Positions 1 through 13,400 of a DNA stretch of 64,000 bases are shown here, piece after piece. The notes below the pieces were generated by a model. The model searched no databases and was not told where the DNA came from. It worked only from the letters and a program-made list of their open reading frames with translations. The first letter of the stretch is position 1. Every line of letters starts with the position of its first letter. Source of the stretch: Vicugna vicugna (Eukaryota); contig MU058824.1 of the NCBI GenBank assembly GCA_013265495.1, forward strand, positions 1,701,111 to 1,765,110. The letters run 5' to 3'. The translations under genes were made by a program, and so were the position numbers.

Positions 1-79
1 AGACTCAAAGAGGTAGAGCAGAATGACCCACTTGTTAAACGACTTCAGGATGAAAAGGAGGAAAAAAGAACATCTTTAT

Positions 80-615
80 ATTGGAAGAATTAGACAAACA
101 TGACTGCAGCCCAGTGACCAAGGTCAGCATTAACCGTGATAAGTCATGTTGATAGTATGTCCCCTTGATGTGATGTGGTTGGTGATCTTTCTCCCCAAAA
201 CCCATAACCCCAGTCTAACCAGGAGAAGAACATCAGGTGAATTCTAGTTGAAGGACATCCTGCAAAATACCCAACCAATACTCCTCAAAACTGCCTGGGT
301 CTTCAAAACTAAAGAATGTCTAAGCCAAAAGGAGCCTACAGAGACATGATGATGAAATAGAATGTGGTATCCTGGAAGGGATCTGGGAATAGAAAAAAGA
401 CACTAGAGAAAAACTGAGAAAATCTGAATAAAGTATGAGCTTTAGTTAATAATGAATTGATATTGATTCATTAATTATAACAAATGTACCATAGTAACAT
501 AAAATGTTAATAATAGGGGAAACTGGGTGGGGGACACATGGCAACTCTCTATACTCTCTTTGTGATTTTACCATAAATCTAACACTTCTCAAATAAGTTT
601 ATTTTTTTTCAAAAA
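80..615 (+). mobile_element. LINE-1 3' end fragment (L1MC/L1MD-like)
   Basis: Characteristic motifs ttctccccaaaacccataaccccagtcta, aatgtggtatcctgga and aaatgttaataataggggaaactggg, ending in an A/T-rich tail. Confidence 0.8.
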
Positions 616-1479
616 GGAGACAAACTTAAGGGGCTCAAGAGAGATCTACTAGATTGGACCAAACAAAATTGCTGGTATACAACCATTTTGGAACTACAAA
701 ATCAACAGTTTCATAAGGAAATTGTGCCAACTCTATGTGCAGATGAGCTGGCCTTTCCTCATTGTAGCAGAGTGGGTGAAAAGAGAATCATCCCCAGACA
801 CATTTTTGCAAAGGTCTTGCAATACAAACATAAGGGGGGAATCTACAAGTATCTAGACAAGGAAAAACAGATTTCCCACAAAGGTGTAAAATCAGGCTAC
901 GTGAACTCCCTGCAACATTCGAGCCTAGAAGCAATGGAGCAACTGGGAGACTTTCTCCAACGTGTGAGGCTCGCATGATGTACTAGCCAGCTGCCCTTCT
1001 TGAAGTTAATCCTTGAAGTCCTATATCAGCCCTCCGGGAATGACAACAAACTACAGCTGAGGTCATGACAGAAACGGCTGAGCAGGGACCACCGAAACAC
1101 GTGAAAAGAGAGCTAAGTAGTTGTTATGAAAAGTTGTTATAAAAGAATATGCAGATGCAGAAATTCATTTGGAAAGCAAACATGCATATATACATAATAC
1201 AAATAGATACTGTAATAACCGTAATTGAGATATAAAAACCCAAGTTCCATTAACAGAGCCAAAGAAGTGAGTAAAAAGATATTGGATGCTTAACTCCTGG
1301 TTCTTAAGTAGAAGAGAGACTCAAAAGAGACTGTTTTGCTGATGAGTTTCATAATTAGAAAAATATAAGTTTAAGAAGGCTTTGAATAACTTAATGGTAA
1401 ATATACTGTAATGCAGAGCCTGAAGCTCCTGAAACACGAAAGGTAAAAGCAAAGAAAATCTAGTCCACATATCGAAAAG

Positions 1480-2030
1480 CAGAAAGCCAACGTGAAAACC
1501 AGAAAGCATAAACTGTAACTGCAGACCAAATATGTTCATTCTGATCATAAATTCAAATAGGTCAAACTCCCTGTTAAGGGGCAAAGACTTTCAAATTGTG
1601 TTTTGAACAACTAACTATAGTTCTATTTACAAGAGACCAAGTGACACAGAAAGGTCCAAGGTCGGGCAAAGGTGTATCAGGCAAGCCAAACTGAAGCAAG
1701 AATCCAGTGTTCACATTGGAGCAAAGAGAATTCAAGGTACAGGCGTTAAACAGGATTAAGGAGAGTCATTTTCTATAGATAAGAGAACAATTCACCCTGA
1801 GAGTAGCACACTCATGGGCCATTATTGTTCTAAATTACATCTCACTGAAATATATAAAGAAAAGCCTGTTATTGACAGAAACACAATAGTATTGGGAGCC
1901 ACAGCATCTCTCTCAGTCTTGGACGGATCAGCCAGGCAAAAATAAGCAAGAACACAGAGGAACTGAATAATGGAATTAATCAGGCTGATTTAGCAGATAT
2001 GTGTCAAAGTTCATCTAAAAGAAAGTTGGG
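1480..2030 (+). mobile_element. Decayed LINE-1 ORF2 5' (endonuclease-region) fragment
   Basis: A-rich sequence with L1-like motifs aactccctgttaaggggcaaagactttca, ctatttacaagagac and gaggaactgaataat. No intact ORF. Confidence 0.6.
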
Positions 2031-2049
2031 AAATAAAACCATGTCTGTG

Positions 2050-2458
2050 TCACGAAGACCCCAGGCCTTTAAGCTCATTCCAGGCTGTTTCAAACAGGGG
2101 CCTTGAAAGTTAACTGTCGCCAGGCTGGGCTGAGAGGCCACCCCCTGCACTGGCCAGAGACTGCCCTGGGTGTTCCTGTGGTGCCCGCACTGAGGAGCTG
2201 GGCTCTGCGGGGGAGGGCGCCAGGCTCCAGACATGCCCCTCTGTTCACTTCAGTTTCTTTTTTGGCCTTCCCTGGAGCCTCCAACCCATCATTCAGGATT
2301 CAGACTCTCCCCGTTTTATAAAACAGTTGACTGATTATATTTAAACCTTAATTCTACCTGCAATGTTAGTTCCCCCTCGCCATGTCACGTAGCTTATTCA
2401 CAGGTTCTGGGGATTAGGACATGGACATCTTTGGTGGGCCATTATTCCGTCTATCACA
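2050..2458 (-). mobile_element. MaLR LTR (MLT1E/F-like)
   Basis: Ends in ttcacaggttctggggattaggacatggacatctttggtgggccattattccgtctatcaca, the reverse complement of an MLT1 5' end. Confidence 0.75.
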
Positions 2459-3640
2459 GGAAGACCACAAGGATAGGCCTTGAGGGGGACTGTTCCCACT
2501 TTGCTCCATGGCAGAATCCTAGTGGGAGTTACCCCTCACCCCACTGGCCACAAGCCCTGCCTGAACCTGAGGTTCATATATACAGCTTGTATATATGACA
2601 CAAAGCTATAGAGTAAATGTGGTGCCTCATCTCAGCAGGCTAGTTTTGTGCAAAGATCTGGGAAGAAAAAGCATTATTTTTATCTTGAGATAAACATAGA
2701 TATGTTATTGGCATGCTCAGTATATGTGAATTTTCGGGATAAAATAATAAACTTTAAAGAAATGCCATGCTTTGCCAGTGGGCTGCTATGGGCTATTCCC
2801 TCTTTCACTCCTGTCCTTAAGAGTGTATGTCTCCTGCTTCTCTGCCTTTAGGGACACTTCTGGGGTGGGGGAAGTCTAAGAAAGACTAATTTTAGCTAAA
2901 TAAAAGAGAATACTCATTTTGGGTGTGGAATCAGTCTGTCCGAGCCAAAATGGACTTTGGAAGAACATCTAGGCTAACTGTCTCAGGCTTACCCCAGATC
3001 TCACAACCAGAGTTGGGGAGCAGGAGCAGGCCTGGGCTTTTGACCCCTTCACCAGTGCCCCCTGCCCCCAGTCAGGGCACCTTCCAGCCTGCATCATGGC
3101 CGGCCTCTAGTAGTTCAGCCACCTTAGGACTCGTAGCATCTCACCCCTTTCTACGACATCAAATATGGTCTCATTTGATTTTTCAGCAGCCCAGTGGGGT
3201 AGCGAGGTAGTGAGTCTGTGGGAAACCAGGAAGCTATGAAACATGGGCCGAGACAGATGCACAGGTGGCAGGAGATGCCGGATAACCCAGAGGTCAATGT
3301 CAGGGTCAACCTTGACCTTCTAGCAGGACTCCACACTCCTGTCACAGGGAAGGCAGGATGGGTAGCTTTCTGCTTTTCTGCTCTTTAGATGCACACTAGC
3401 TATTTTAATGTCTCGGGACTACACTTGCTGCTCTTGTCCTTCCACTTCAGAATCTGTAAGACTTTTCTCCATGAGTTGTTGCCGCAGACTGAGCACTGAG
3501 TCCCAGCAGCTCAGACCTCGTGGGGCCTGCCTTCTCAGCCTGGGAGGTGATATACGGGGGTGAGTGATCAAGTGCTTAGGCTCTGGGGCCAGACCCACCT
3601 TGGGTTGAGGCCAGTGCCACTTCTTATCCTTGTGACCTGG

Positions 3641-4050
3641 TGTCTTAGGTTGAACTGACTAGAAACAGAGCCTGGGGTTCTTGTAAAAGTGACTTACAGC
3701 AAGTGTGCACGAGAAGGGGAGAGAAGCAGGATAAGGCGGAGGGGAGCTAGGCTAGAATGCCTCTTGGCTGGAGACTGGTTTGACCTGGCCCCACCAGGCC
3801 TCTGGAGCATGGCCTGCACCACAAGCTGGTCCCACCTTTCAGCAAGGGGGCTGGAGTTTTCTATCTGTGTGAATCAGTCACTGGCTGCTGCGGGGTGTGG
3901 GACAAAGCATGGCCTCCTCGGGCCAGGAAACTCCCCTTGGCTTAGGGGAGTTCTCCAGAGAAGGGAGTGAGCTGTCAGTAGCCCACCCCCACTGCAGCTG
4001 GGAAGGGTGCACCAGCCCTGAGGAGGGGATACACAGGACCCACGGTGTCT
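3641..4050 (-). mobile_element. ERVL solo LTR (LTR16/LTR33-like), nested in a MIR
   Basis: Starts tgtcttaggttg...agaaacagagcctg. MIR halves flank it (ggctctggggccagac...tgtgacctgg on the left, cttaagtctttgggcctcagttt on the right). Confidence 0.55.
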
Positions 4051-5719
4051 GCTGAGCCTACGAAAGTTGCTTAAGTCTTTGGGCCTCAGTTTGCTCATGA
4101 AACTATCCAGAGTGGGCATGGTAATAGCACCTACCTCCTAGGACCATGGCTGGAAAGATCTCGGGAACTGTCATTTATTTTGATTTTGCTAGGATCCCCT
4201 GTAAAATGGGGGTTACACACCAGTGCTTTGAAATGAGTCATCCTTCTTAAGTGTCATTTTTATGTGTGTGTGCTTTTAGCTCCCTTTAAGGGTCCCACAG
4301 ACAAAGGGGTTCTAGATAACGTGAGAGGGGCTCAGAAAGGGGAAAGGAAATCCACCCAGGGTTTGGCCTGAGCACCCCTCCCTGGGCTAAGCACCCCATG
4401 GCTGTTCCCTTCCCTTGTTTGCCCCTCCCTTGTGGGTGTGGCCTATTGAGGGTGTGAACATGGGTCTCCACTATGGTCCACGACCTTAGATCTAGCCTCT
4501 CAGAAGAAGTTGTCTTTTGTCTGATCTTAGGAAATCTACTTTCACTCCAGACAGCCGCCTGCAAAGCCAAGAGTCCATGGTGGTGATTTTTGAGAACCTG
4601 CCCTCTGCCATGTTTCTGACATCACAGCACTCTTCTGCCCCCTCATCCTCAGAGACGGTCATAGCTCTTCTTCCCAACCCCCTGGCATGCCTTCCACTTC
4701 CCCCAAGCCATTTCAGCTGCAGAAGAGTGTATGCTTATACCCCTGGCAGGGAGGTGGGGAGGCTTGGCTGGAAGCAGGGTCCACTACCAACACAAAATTT
4801 CTACTTCCTCTCTCTGTATTTTCAGAAAAATATACAAGTTATGCAACATTGCAAAGTGGGATTCTGAAAGTTTTGTGAAAGTATGAATGTGTTAAAATTT
4901 TTTTAAGTTTCCCCCAATCCAAAACCTTTCCCCTCACCCCCAAATCTTCTACTAAATTACTACTCTAGAAAGAAGGACCAGGTATATCTGTGCTTTTCTT
5001 ACTCTCAGGACTACTACTTATGCCCTGGGAGTACACATATCCCAATTTAAGGAGCACCTTAAACTTTATATGCTGCTCTCAAGATTCCCCTAAGGATCCC
5101 AGCCGAGTCCCATCTGCCTTTGTCTTCTCCCCACCCTGGGATCCAGGCTCCGTCTACACTGGGTGCTGGCTCGTCCTCTTCCCTCCCAGACTTTGCAGCA
5201 GCCTGCCCCACTTACTCACCATCTAGAACCAGAGTGGGTGCAAATAGCTCCCTGCATCAGGCACATTTCAGCTCTGGATAGGCTCTTTCTCCAGTGTCCT
5301 CTGATGGTCACAGGGCACCAAGGTGAGAGCACCAGTTTTGGGGTGCTGTGCTGGTTTGGGGAAAGCCTTTTGCCTCTCTGGGAAGGGGTTAACTAGATAA
5401 ACGATCCCCTGGGCCCTATCCAATCCTAACAGTTTGGGAGCACAGAACCAAGCAGTCCATGCAACTTGGTTGTCATGACAACAGAGACACTAAATGGTAC
5501 ACAAGTGGCAGAGTGGGTTATTTATCTGTCAGCAGGTGGTCAGGCAGTCAGCCATGAAGGTATGGGTCCTTCTGTTCATTGAAGAAATGGACATCGTGAA
5601 CCCAACCAGAGCCTGGGCCCTAGGCTAGCAAGATATTAGTGCAGTTGATGATAATAACCACCAGCTACTAAATAACCACTGTGGGCCAGGCGGTGTGCTT
5701 GGGGCTTCACACAGCATTC

Positions 5720-6870
5720 ACTCACTTAATCATGCATTCCGTACTTATTTATTGATATATGTGTTGTGCCCTGTTCTGGGAGCTGGAGACCAGAGATGAA
5801 TCAGGTTACCTCAGTCCAATGGGGAAGACAGACTGGTGGACCTGGGCCATGATGGAGGGAAGTACAGAGTGCTCTGGGCCACCAAGCCTGATGGGACAGA
5901 GACGGCATCTCAGAGTAGGGCTGCCTGAGCTAAGGCGTGAAGCAGGAGTACCAGCAGCCCTCCAGGCAGAGCCAGTGGGTGGGAGGGAATGGCATTCTGG
6001 ATGGATGAGCTTGTAGAAAGGGGACAGGGTGAGAAAATGAATGAATGAATAAGTGAATGAGTGAGTGAATGGATGGCAGACCATTTTAGAGTACCCCAGG
6101 CAGTTCCTTCTCTCTCCTGTGGAGTAGTGAGAAATGTGACTAGAGACATGAGCAGGAGTCAGCTGGTAAAGAATCTGCAGTGCTCTGAGGAGCTTAGAGG
6201 TTGATCTGTAAAGCTCGAGGAGCCATGGAAAGATTTTACACCATCACATTTGAATCTTGGAATGATCCCTTCGTCTGCTCTGTGGAGACTGGGGTGGACG
6301 GGGCAGGACTAAAGGCAGGGGTCCAGCTAGGAGGCCGTAGTGGTTCACGGAGTAGGGAATAATGGTGGCTATGCCCAGGGGAGTGGGCCTGAAGAGATGG
6401 GGGTGATTCAGGCACTGGTGAGCAGACAGGACCAACAGGCCCTGGTTATGGCTAGGATGAGGAGAGGAGGAGTCTAAGATGACGCGCAGGTTTCTGATCT
6501 GGGGGAGTGGGAGATTGGCAAAACAGCATTCTAGAAATGGACAGTATAGGAAGGGGAAGGGGCGCGTTGGGAATGAAGATGAGTTCAGTTTGGAACATGT
6601 TGAGCTTAAGGTGCCTGGGGAATCCAAGTGGAGGTGTCCAGGGGACAGTTGGAGAAAAGTCTGGGCTGGGAAGAGAGGTTTGGGAGCTCATAGCACACGG
6701 TGGGGAGTTGTGGCTGGGGTCATGAATGAGATTGCCCAGGGAGAGTGATGAGGGCAGAACTGTATGGAACAGCAGCATTTAGGGATGAGCAGAAAGATGA
6801 GAAACTGATTTAGAGTCTGAGCAGGAATGACTAGGAGGAAGGAGGGAGCCAGGAGAGAGCATCATAAAGC
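5720..6870 (-). mobile_element. LINE-2 fragments
   Basis: L2 hallmarks gatgagttcagtttggaacatgttgagcttaaggtgcctg, tttgaatcttggaatgatccct and gagccatggaaagatttt. Confidence 0.8.
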
Positions 6871-8617
6871 CAGTGGGTGGGTTTTGTTATCATGAATCCT
6901 ACAACCTACTAGGCAGAGTAGGGAGTATTATCCCTGTTTCAGAAATGAGGAAATCAAGGCTCTGGGAGATTTAAGACCCAGGGTCATGCAGCTGGTCAGT
7001 GCTGGAGCTGGAATGTGAACCAAGGTCTGATTCCAAAATCCAATAAGCTGTTTCTGCTATACCATGTTTAGCGACACAGGCTTGGCACAAAGTAGGCGCT
7101 CCATGAGTGTTTGCTGGATGGATGGATATGGATAGGTGAATACCGTTAGTAGCAAGAAATGCTAAAAACAAAAAAATTTTTTTTTCAACAAACAAGCAGA
7201 AAGACCCTGGAGTGTGCCCAGGAACATGGCCACAGAACGGAAGGAAGCAGCTTAGAACTTTTTATAGCATTGCAGACATGGTGATGACAAAGGCTTGCCT
7301 TCCTTCAACTGCTCTGGTAACGATCTTTTAAAGTCCTTTCAGAGCAAGTTTTTTTTTTCTTCTTTCCATTCTTGCTTGCAAACGAAAGATGATTTTAGAA
7401 TCCAAGCCTTTTTTATTTTGCTAAAGTACATGATGAGTAAAATGGCCTCCCAGTCAGCACTTTCCAATTTTGAAAGATGCTAAAAACTGATCTCTAAAGG
7501 CATGTTTCTCTTCTTTATGCATCAAAGGGCCTTGAGGCCTGCTGGAAAGGACGGGATAAATGGCAGGAAGGTGGCACCACCTGCAAGGTTGAGCCTCAGT
7601 ACAGAGGGCAGGCCTGAGATGGGGAGCAGGCACGTGGGCAGGAGCCAGGCTGGCCGCCTGGAGGCTGCCTGCCTGGAGGCTGCCTGTACATCCTGTTCTC
7701 TATGGGAGCGGGGCCCAGCCTGGATCCTGTCCCCTAGAAAGCAACCAAGAACCCCTCACCCTGACCCAGGAGGGAGCATCAGGCATTCAGTTAATGTTTG
7801 TGGAGTGAATAAATGAATCATAGGAGCTATGATACAATGTATACGTGTTAACTGCATTGAGATAATAAGATAATAAATAACCATTTATAGAGCTATTGAA
7901 TATAGATCTTCCTTTGAAATAAAGGGAGATGGATGGGTTGGGAGAAGTTTATAAAATACTAATTCTAGCTGGTGTTTACTCTGTGCCAGGAGCTCTGCTA
8001 AGCACTTTATGAGGATTATCTCATTTAGTTGTCTCAGCAGCCCTCTAAGAAAGGACTGCCATTATCCGCATTTTGCAGATGAGGAAATTGAGGCTAAGAT
8101 GGGAAAAGGAGCCACTTGAGGCCACTGGAGTGGAGCTAAGATTTGAACAAAGTTCAGAACTTGAGAAGACTCTGCAACTTCTTAATTGGGAAGCTCTGTG
8201 GGCTCCAGGAAGGCAGAAAAGTCTAGAATACTGGGGGAGGAGTTGGCTGGGAACTTGTTTCTGTTGCCAGCCCCCCCTGGAGACCTTGGAAGTTCCCTTC
8301 TCTCCTGTGGCCTCAGCTTCCCTATGTGTAGAGTGAGGACGGAGAGTCAGCCCTGTCTCAGTGCCCCACAGGATTTGCCATTGGAGGAGAGCAGGGAGCG
8401 TGCCAAGGCCCCACAGAGCCATCAGCTTCAGCTTCCAGCCTGTGCAGACTTGCCCCAGGGTTTTCCCATGAGACCAGGGAGGGCCAACAGCAGGTGCTGA
8501 GGAAAAGCTGGACCCAGAGAAGGCTGGTGATCCAGGCCGGGCTGAGATAAGGGGTGTGGTTCTGCCCTGCCCACCCCGCTCCAGAAGAGCTCTCGCTAGG
8601 GAGCCTGGAGCACATGA

Positions 8618-8887
<270 letters not shown>

Positions 8888-9689
8888 TAGAAGTGTTATG
8901 CTCACTGCTCTTTCTTCTTTTCAGGGCGCTAAAACGCCAGGGCTCAGTACAGTGCAGTCGTAGGAGGAACCAGAAACCTTGATTTACCAAACCCACCGTC
9001 TGACCATTGCCTTAGTGCTGCCTGCTAGTTCTAAGTCCCCTCGACCCAGCCTTACTTAGTGGAGCAGTGCCATGTGCACCCCACAGAGGAAGGCGCCAGA
9101 TTCCAGGAGAGATGAGGCTGCCTCAGACCCCTCCCTGCCCTGCAAGCAGGGCTCAGAGGCTCGGGTTTAGAACAAACTGTCAACTGTTCAGTATCTACCC
9201 CTGAGTCCTTCTAATTATCTGGTGTGTGACAGGTGACGAAGGAGATTTTTAAAACTTATTCCATTTAATTTTTTCCATAACCATGTGAAGCTACTCTCAT
9301 TACCCTGTTTTATAGATGAGGAAATAGAGGCCCAGAGAAGGACAGTTCGTGGCAGAGCCAAGGCTCCATCCTCATTCACCTGAGTCCCAGTCAGATCCTC
9401 TTTTCTCCACATCATGTTCTGACCCGAGCATACATAAGAGCTCTAACACAGGAAGTGTGTCTTCCGATTTTGATGCCCTGGCTCCTCCTCCACCCCAGGG
9501 TCAGGAGAGAATTCATCAGAATGAGAGGCTAGTTTTGTGAGTCATCGTCTACCCAATAAGCTCCTCCTCTTGGACTGAGGTTGTTCTAGGTGTACGCTCT
9601 AGTGATGGGCCACAGCCCTCTGTTCTTCTTGACCCTTAGTCAGTAACTTAGATGAGATTATAAAAAGCAGGCTTATAGGAATTTTAGAA

Positions 9690-10150
9690 GCTGTGAAATA
9701 TGTTGGATGACAGAACCAGGGTGCAAAGAACCTTAATTAACTGGAATGTTTGATTAAATCCAAGAAGATTAAATCTAATGGTCTTAATATAAGGTTATAT
9801 TAGAACAAATTGGGCAGCCTGTGTCCAAGATGGTAGAGGCATAGCTGAGGAGAACTGTGTGTGTTTAGAACAAGAGAAAATTTGGAGTCTGTTGCCTCAA
9901 GGTTACTGTGAGTAACCAGTGTGAGCAGAGCTGCCGGGGAGCCGAGGTGACCTCAGGCTCCACATTCACACCCAGGACGGGTGGTCCCTCTGCCCTCTGC
10001 TGAGAGACCCCACCTGGGGTGTCCTGCTCAGCTCCTGGCACCACATTACAGGAGAGATGCAGGAACTGAAAAGAGACTGGGAGAAGGAGAGAGCAGTGGC
10101 TGGAAGCCACAGTTCCACAGGGATATTTCATCGGGAAAGCTAAGGAGCAA
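9690..10150 (+). mobile_element. L3/CR1 LINE fragment
   Basis: Motifs tgtgagtaaccagtgtga and cacctggggtgtcctgctcagctcctggcaccacatt resemble L3 ORF2 3' sequence. Confidence 0.5.
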
Positions 10151-10269
10151 AGCAGGAACTGCCTGATTATCTCTCAGAATAGCAGGGAGGAGGGAGAAGT
10201 TACAGGCTGACATTTCAGGAGACCCTAGATGAAACTTAGCACTCAGGAATCAGTCTGCTTGGGCCTGAA

Positions 10270-10455
10270 CTCCTGGTGTGCAGCTTAGTAACTGAATTTG
10301 GACTTGTTAACACTTTCTGAGCCTCAGTTTTCTCATCTGTAAAGTGGGGATAATAATAACACCTGTCTAATAGGATTGCTGTGAAGATTAAATGGGCAAA
10401 AACATTTTGCATAGTGCCTGATGTGCAGTGAGTCCTCAGTAAATGTCAGCAGTTT
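10270..10455 (+). mobile_element. MIR SINE (one of many copies; others near 7950, 13410, 14850, 16070, 29270, 35870, 58060)
   Basis: Core tctgagcctcagttttctcatctgtaaagtggggataataataacacct...gtgaagattaaatg. Confidence 0.9.
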
Positions 10456-13400
10456 TTTTTATTTGTTTACATAAGGGCTCGGAGGATGGAATGGACTGCC
10501 ATTGGGCTAGTAAGTTTACTAACTAATGGACTGTACAAGATTCTGTTAAGCATCCTATGTTTTAGTTAAGGGTAACAAGAAGTCCTTCCACACAAAAATC
10601 TAAGGAGGAGCATGAGGAAAAACTGAAAAAAAATGGAGCAAATTGATTTAACATGTTTTACTTCAAAACTCATAATGCCTTACATGTTACCATTTATGGT
10701 CCAGAAATGGCCCATTTAAAAAAGGAAAATAATGCTCCAAATTAGAGGACGTAATTTTTTAGAGAAGAATCTGGGTTTTACCCCCACATATCCCCAAGGC
10801 CTTGCAAACAGCTGGCCCATGGTGTGTGATTGTTGACCAAATGAGAAAAAAATAAATAAAAATCATCCATGAAGACGCCACACTGTGCACTGGCCATCTC
10901 TCGTTTGCACAAAATGCAGAGAGGCCTCCTGTTCTGACTTGAACCAAATCCAAGCCAAGGCATGGCTGTGATTTCCCTCTGTACCATGCACTGGGATTAT
11001 TTTCCGAGTGGCATTTCCAGCGTGGTTTCCATATCAGAACAGAGTGCATGGCTATCTGCCTATTGACCCAGTCCCAGGCTGCTTGCCTTCCACTCAGCAC
11101 AGGACACCATCCCGCCTCGTCATCCCACTTTCTTCTTTCCTCTTAGACTTTGGGTATTTTGAGATGGGCTTTTTCTTAGAGTCTTGCTGACTGCTTTATT
11201 TGTTGAGGAGTTTCTCAGAAGTTTTTGGTTGGAGATTTATTCCGTGTGTCAGACCCTCAGATGGATCTGCGCTCCAGGACTTTCATTCTTACCTGGTCAG
11301 GAAGGAGTTCTTCTGCCAGATCTGGAAGGTCTTGAGGAGAATCTGCTGAATGTCTTCACGCTGGATCAAAACTCTGGCGTGTGATGGAAGGAGGGGCTGC
11401 TCAGAACAGAGACCCAGGGAGAGAGCCTTTCTGCCCATCTCAGGGTCAGACACAACCAGATGGACACAACCACGTCTTTGCCATCCAAATGCTGCAGTGC
11501 AAACTTTGCAGCATGTTGCTGTGTTCTTGAGATTGGACCTGCCACCCAGTGGGAAAGCAGACTCCAGCAAACGCAAGGCCTATTTATAGCCCTGTGGCAA
11601 AATGTTCATTTTGGCTCCAGCAAAGGATGAGCATAGCCTGTCACTTTTGTCTTCTTCTGTCTCCTTGGTGGTCTATTCTCAGTTCTCAAGCACTCTGACC
11701 TGGGTTCTGGCCACTCAGAACTCCTCGGGCCACTTTACAACTGCAGTCCCCGGCTGCCTCACCTCTGAAACAGAAACAATGACCCCTGCCTTATCTGCTT
11801 CATGGGGTTGTTGAGAAGCTTAAACACGGCCATTGGAGGGTGACCATCATCCCAATTGTTAACTGCTTTACCGATGTGAGGATTTATTACTATTATGGTT
11901 GTGAAATGTCTATAAAAAGCAAATGTCCTTCTTGCATGGGGAGGTGAGGAGGCAAAAGGAAACTTAATAAAAAGAGGAAATTGGATTTTTTAATCACATC
12001 ATGGTTACCTGCCTGCAGCTAACAAGAACCAGCGTGGTTCGTGGGACTAAAGAACGTGAGCTCAGGACTGCCCGTCATCACCTGGCAGGGCCCATTTGGT
12101 GGCCATTTCCTGAGACCACATTCCTACTAGAGGCAGAGAAAATGAAAACCAAGGTGACCAAGTAAACTGGAAATGCATTCATTCAGTCACTCTGCAACCA
12201 TTTATTGGGTGCCCGCTGCACACCAGGCACTGTGCTGAGCACTGAGGATCCTGGGAAGAGCAGACACCAACCCTCCAGGAACTCCCTATCTGGCAAAGGA
12301 GAAGACAAGGATACCAGGCAAAGATTCTTAAAGCTCACATGTCCAACAATCTCAGCTCTTCTAAATGTGGGAAAACAGAGTGGAGGCCCAGAGGCTTCTC
12401 TGCAGTTGCTTTGGACAGTGGATGCTATATTTAAGACCAGTCTACCTCTCTTGCAGGAGCGCCTTTTAGACCTTCTCTCAAAGTCTATGTACTTTTGCTC
12501 TACACATATACTTAACAATCTAGGCTCCCTGCTTTCTGTAGCAGTTCAAAAGCAGCAAATTCAGAGTGAAAGTGACAGCCTAGACCTGACAGCTTGAAAG
12601 GAGACAAAGCCATAAAAAGTGCATCAAAAACTCCAAGAACAGTCTGGAGCCATTTGGCATTTGGGTCAGTCTTCTTCATGTCCAAGAGCGTCACTCTGCA
12701 TGGCCCGTAACAGTGGCTGATGTTCAGGATGAGACCATGAGGTACCAAAGGGAGAAGGGAACGAGCAGGAGCAGCTAAAATGTTCCTGAATGTAGTGTTG
12801 TCCAGGCATGGTGCACATATTTCCTCATTTGATTCCTGCACCAACCCAGTGAGATGGGATTTACTTTCCATGGGCCATGAATGAGAAAAGAGAGGCCCAA
12901 GGCTTTGTGTGCCAGGGCTACCCAGCTGGTGTGTGGTAGAGAATCTAGTGCTGCTTGACTGTAATTTTTTTTTCCCCAGAGGATCAGTAGAAAAATTTTT
13001 ATCTTAACCAAATTTGCTGAGATTCTAAACAAAATGTATTGTCATTCAAATGGACTGAGCTTCTGTTTTCTAGAAAATCCACTCACAAGGAACAGCTCCT
13101 AATAGGACAATGGCAGGTCAGTCAGGTATTACAGCAGATTCCTGAGAGGCTCCTGACTTCCTGCTCTGTGCTGCCTCTGAGTTACCACATGGTCTTTGGT
13201 CTCAGAGAGTAATGCTGAGCTGCCTTTGCATCTGATCGGAAGACCTCCTCCTGTCCTTGCTCTGTGTCTATTGACTCTTACTCACCATACATTCTCAATA
13301 AGTGGCACTATCTTGTCTCAACCTTTTAAGATTAAGAGAGCTTCCAAAAAGTTGTGTTTTGCTAAGAAAAGAAGGAAACTTTAAAAAAAATGGACTTTGA

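Noticed and set aside
7656..7685. 15-bp tandem duplication gcctggaggctgcct x2
   Set aside because: Real, but an ordinary slippage product with no further signal.
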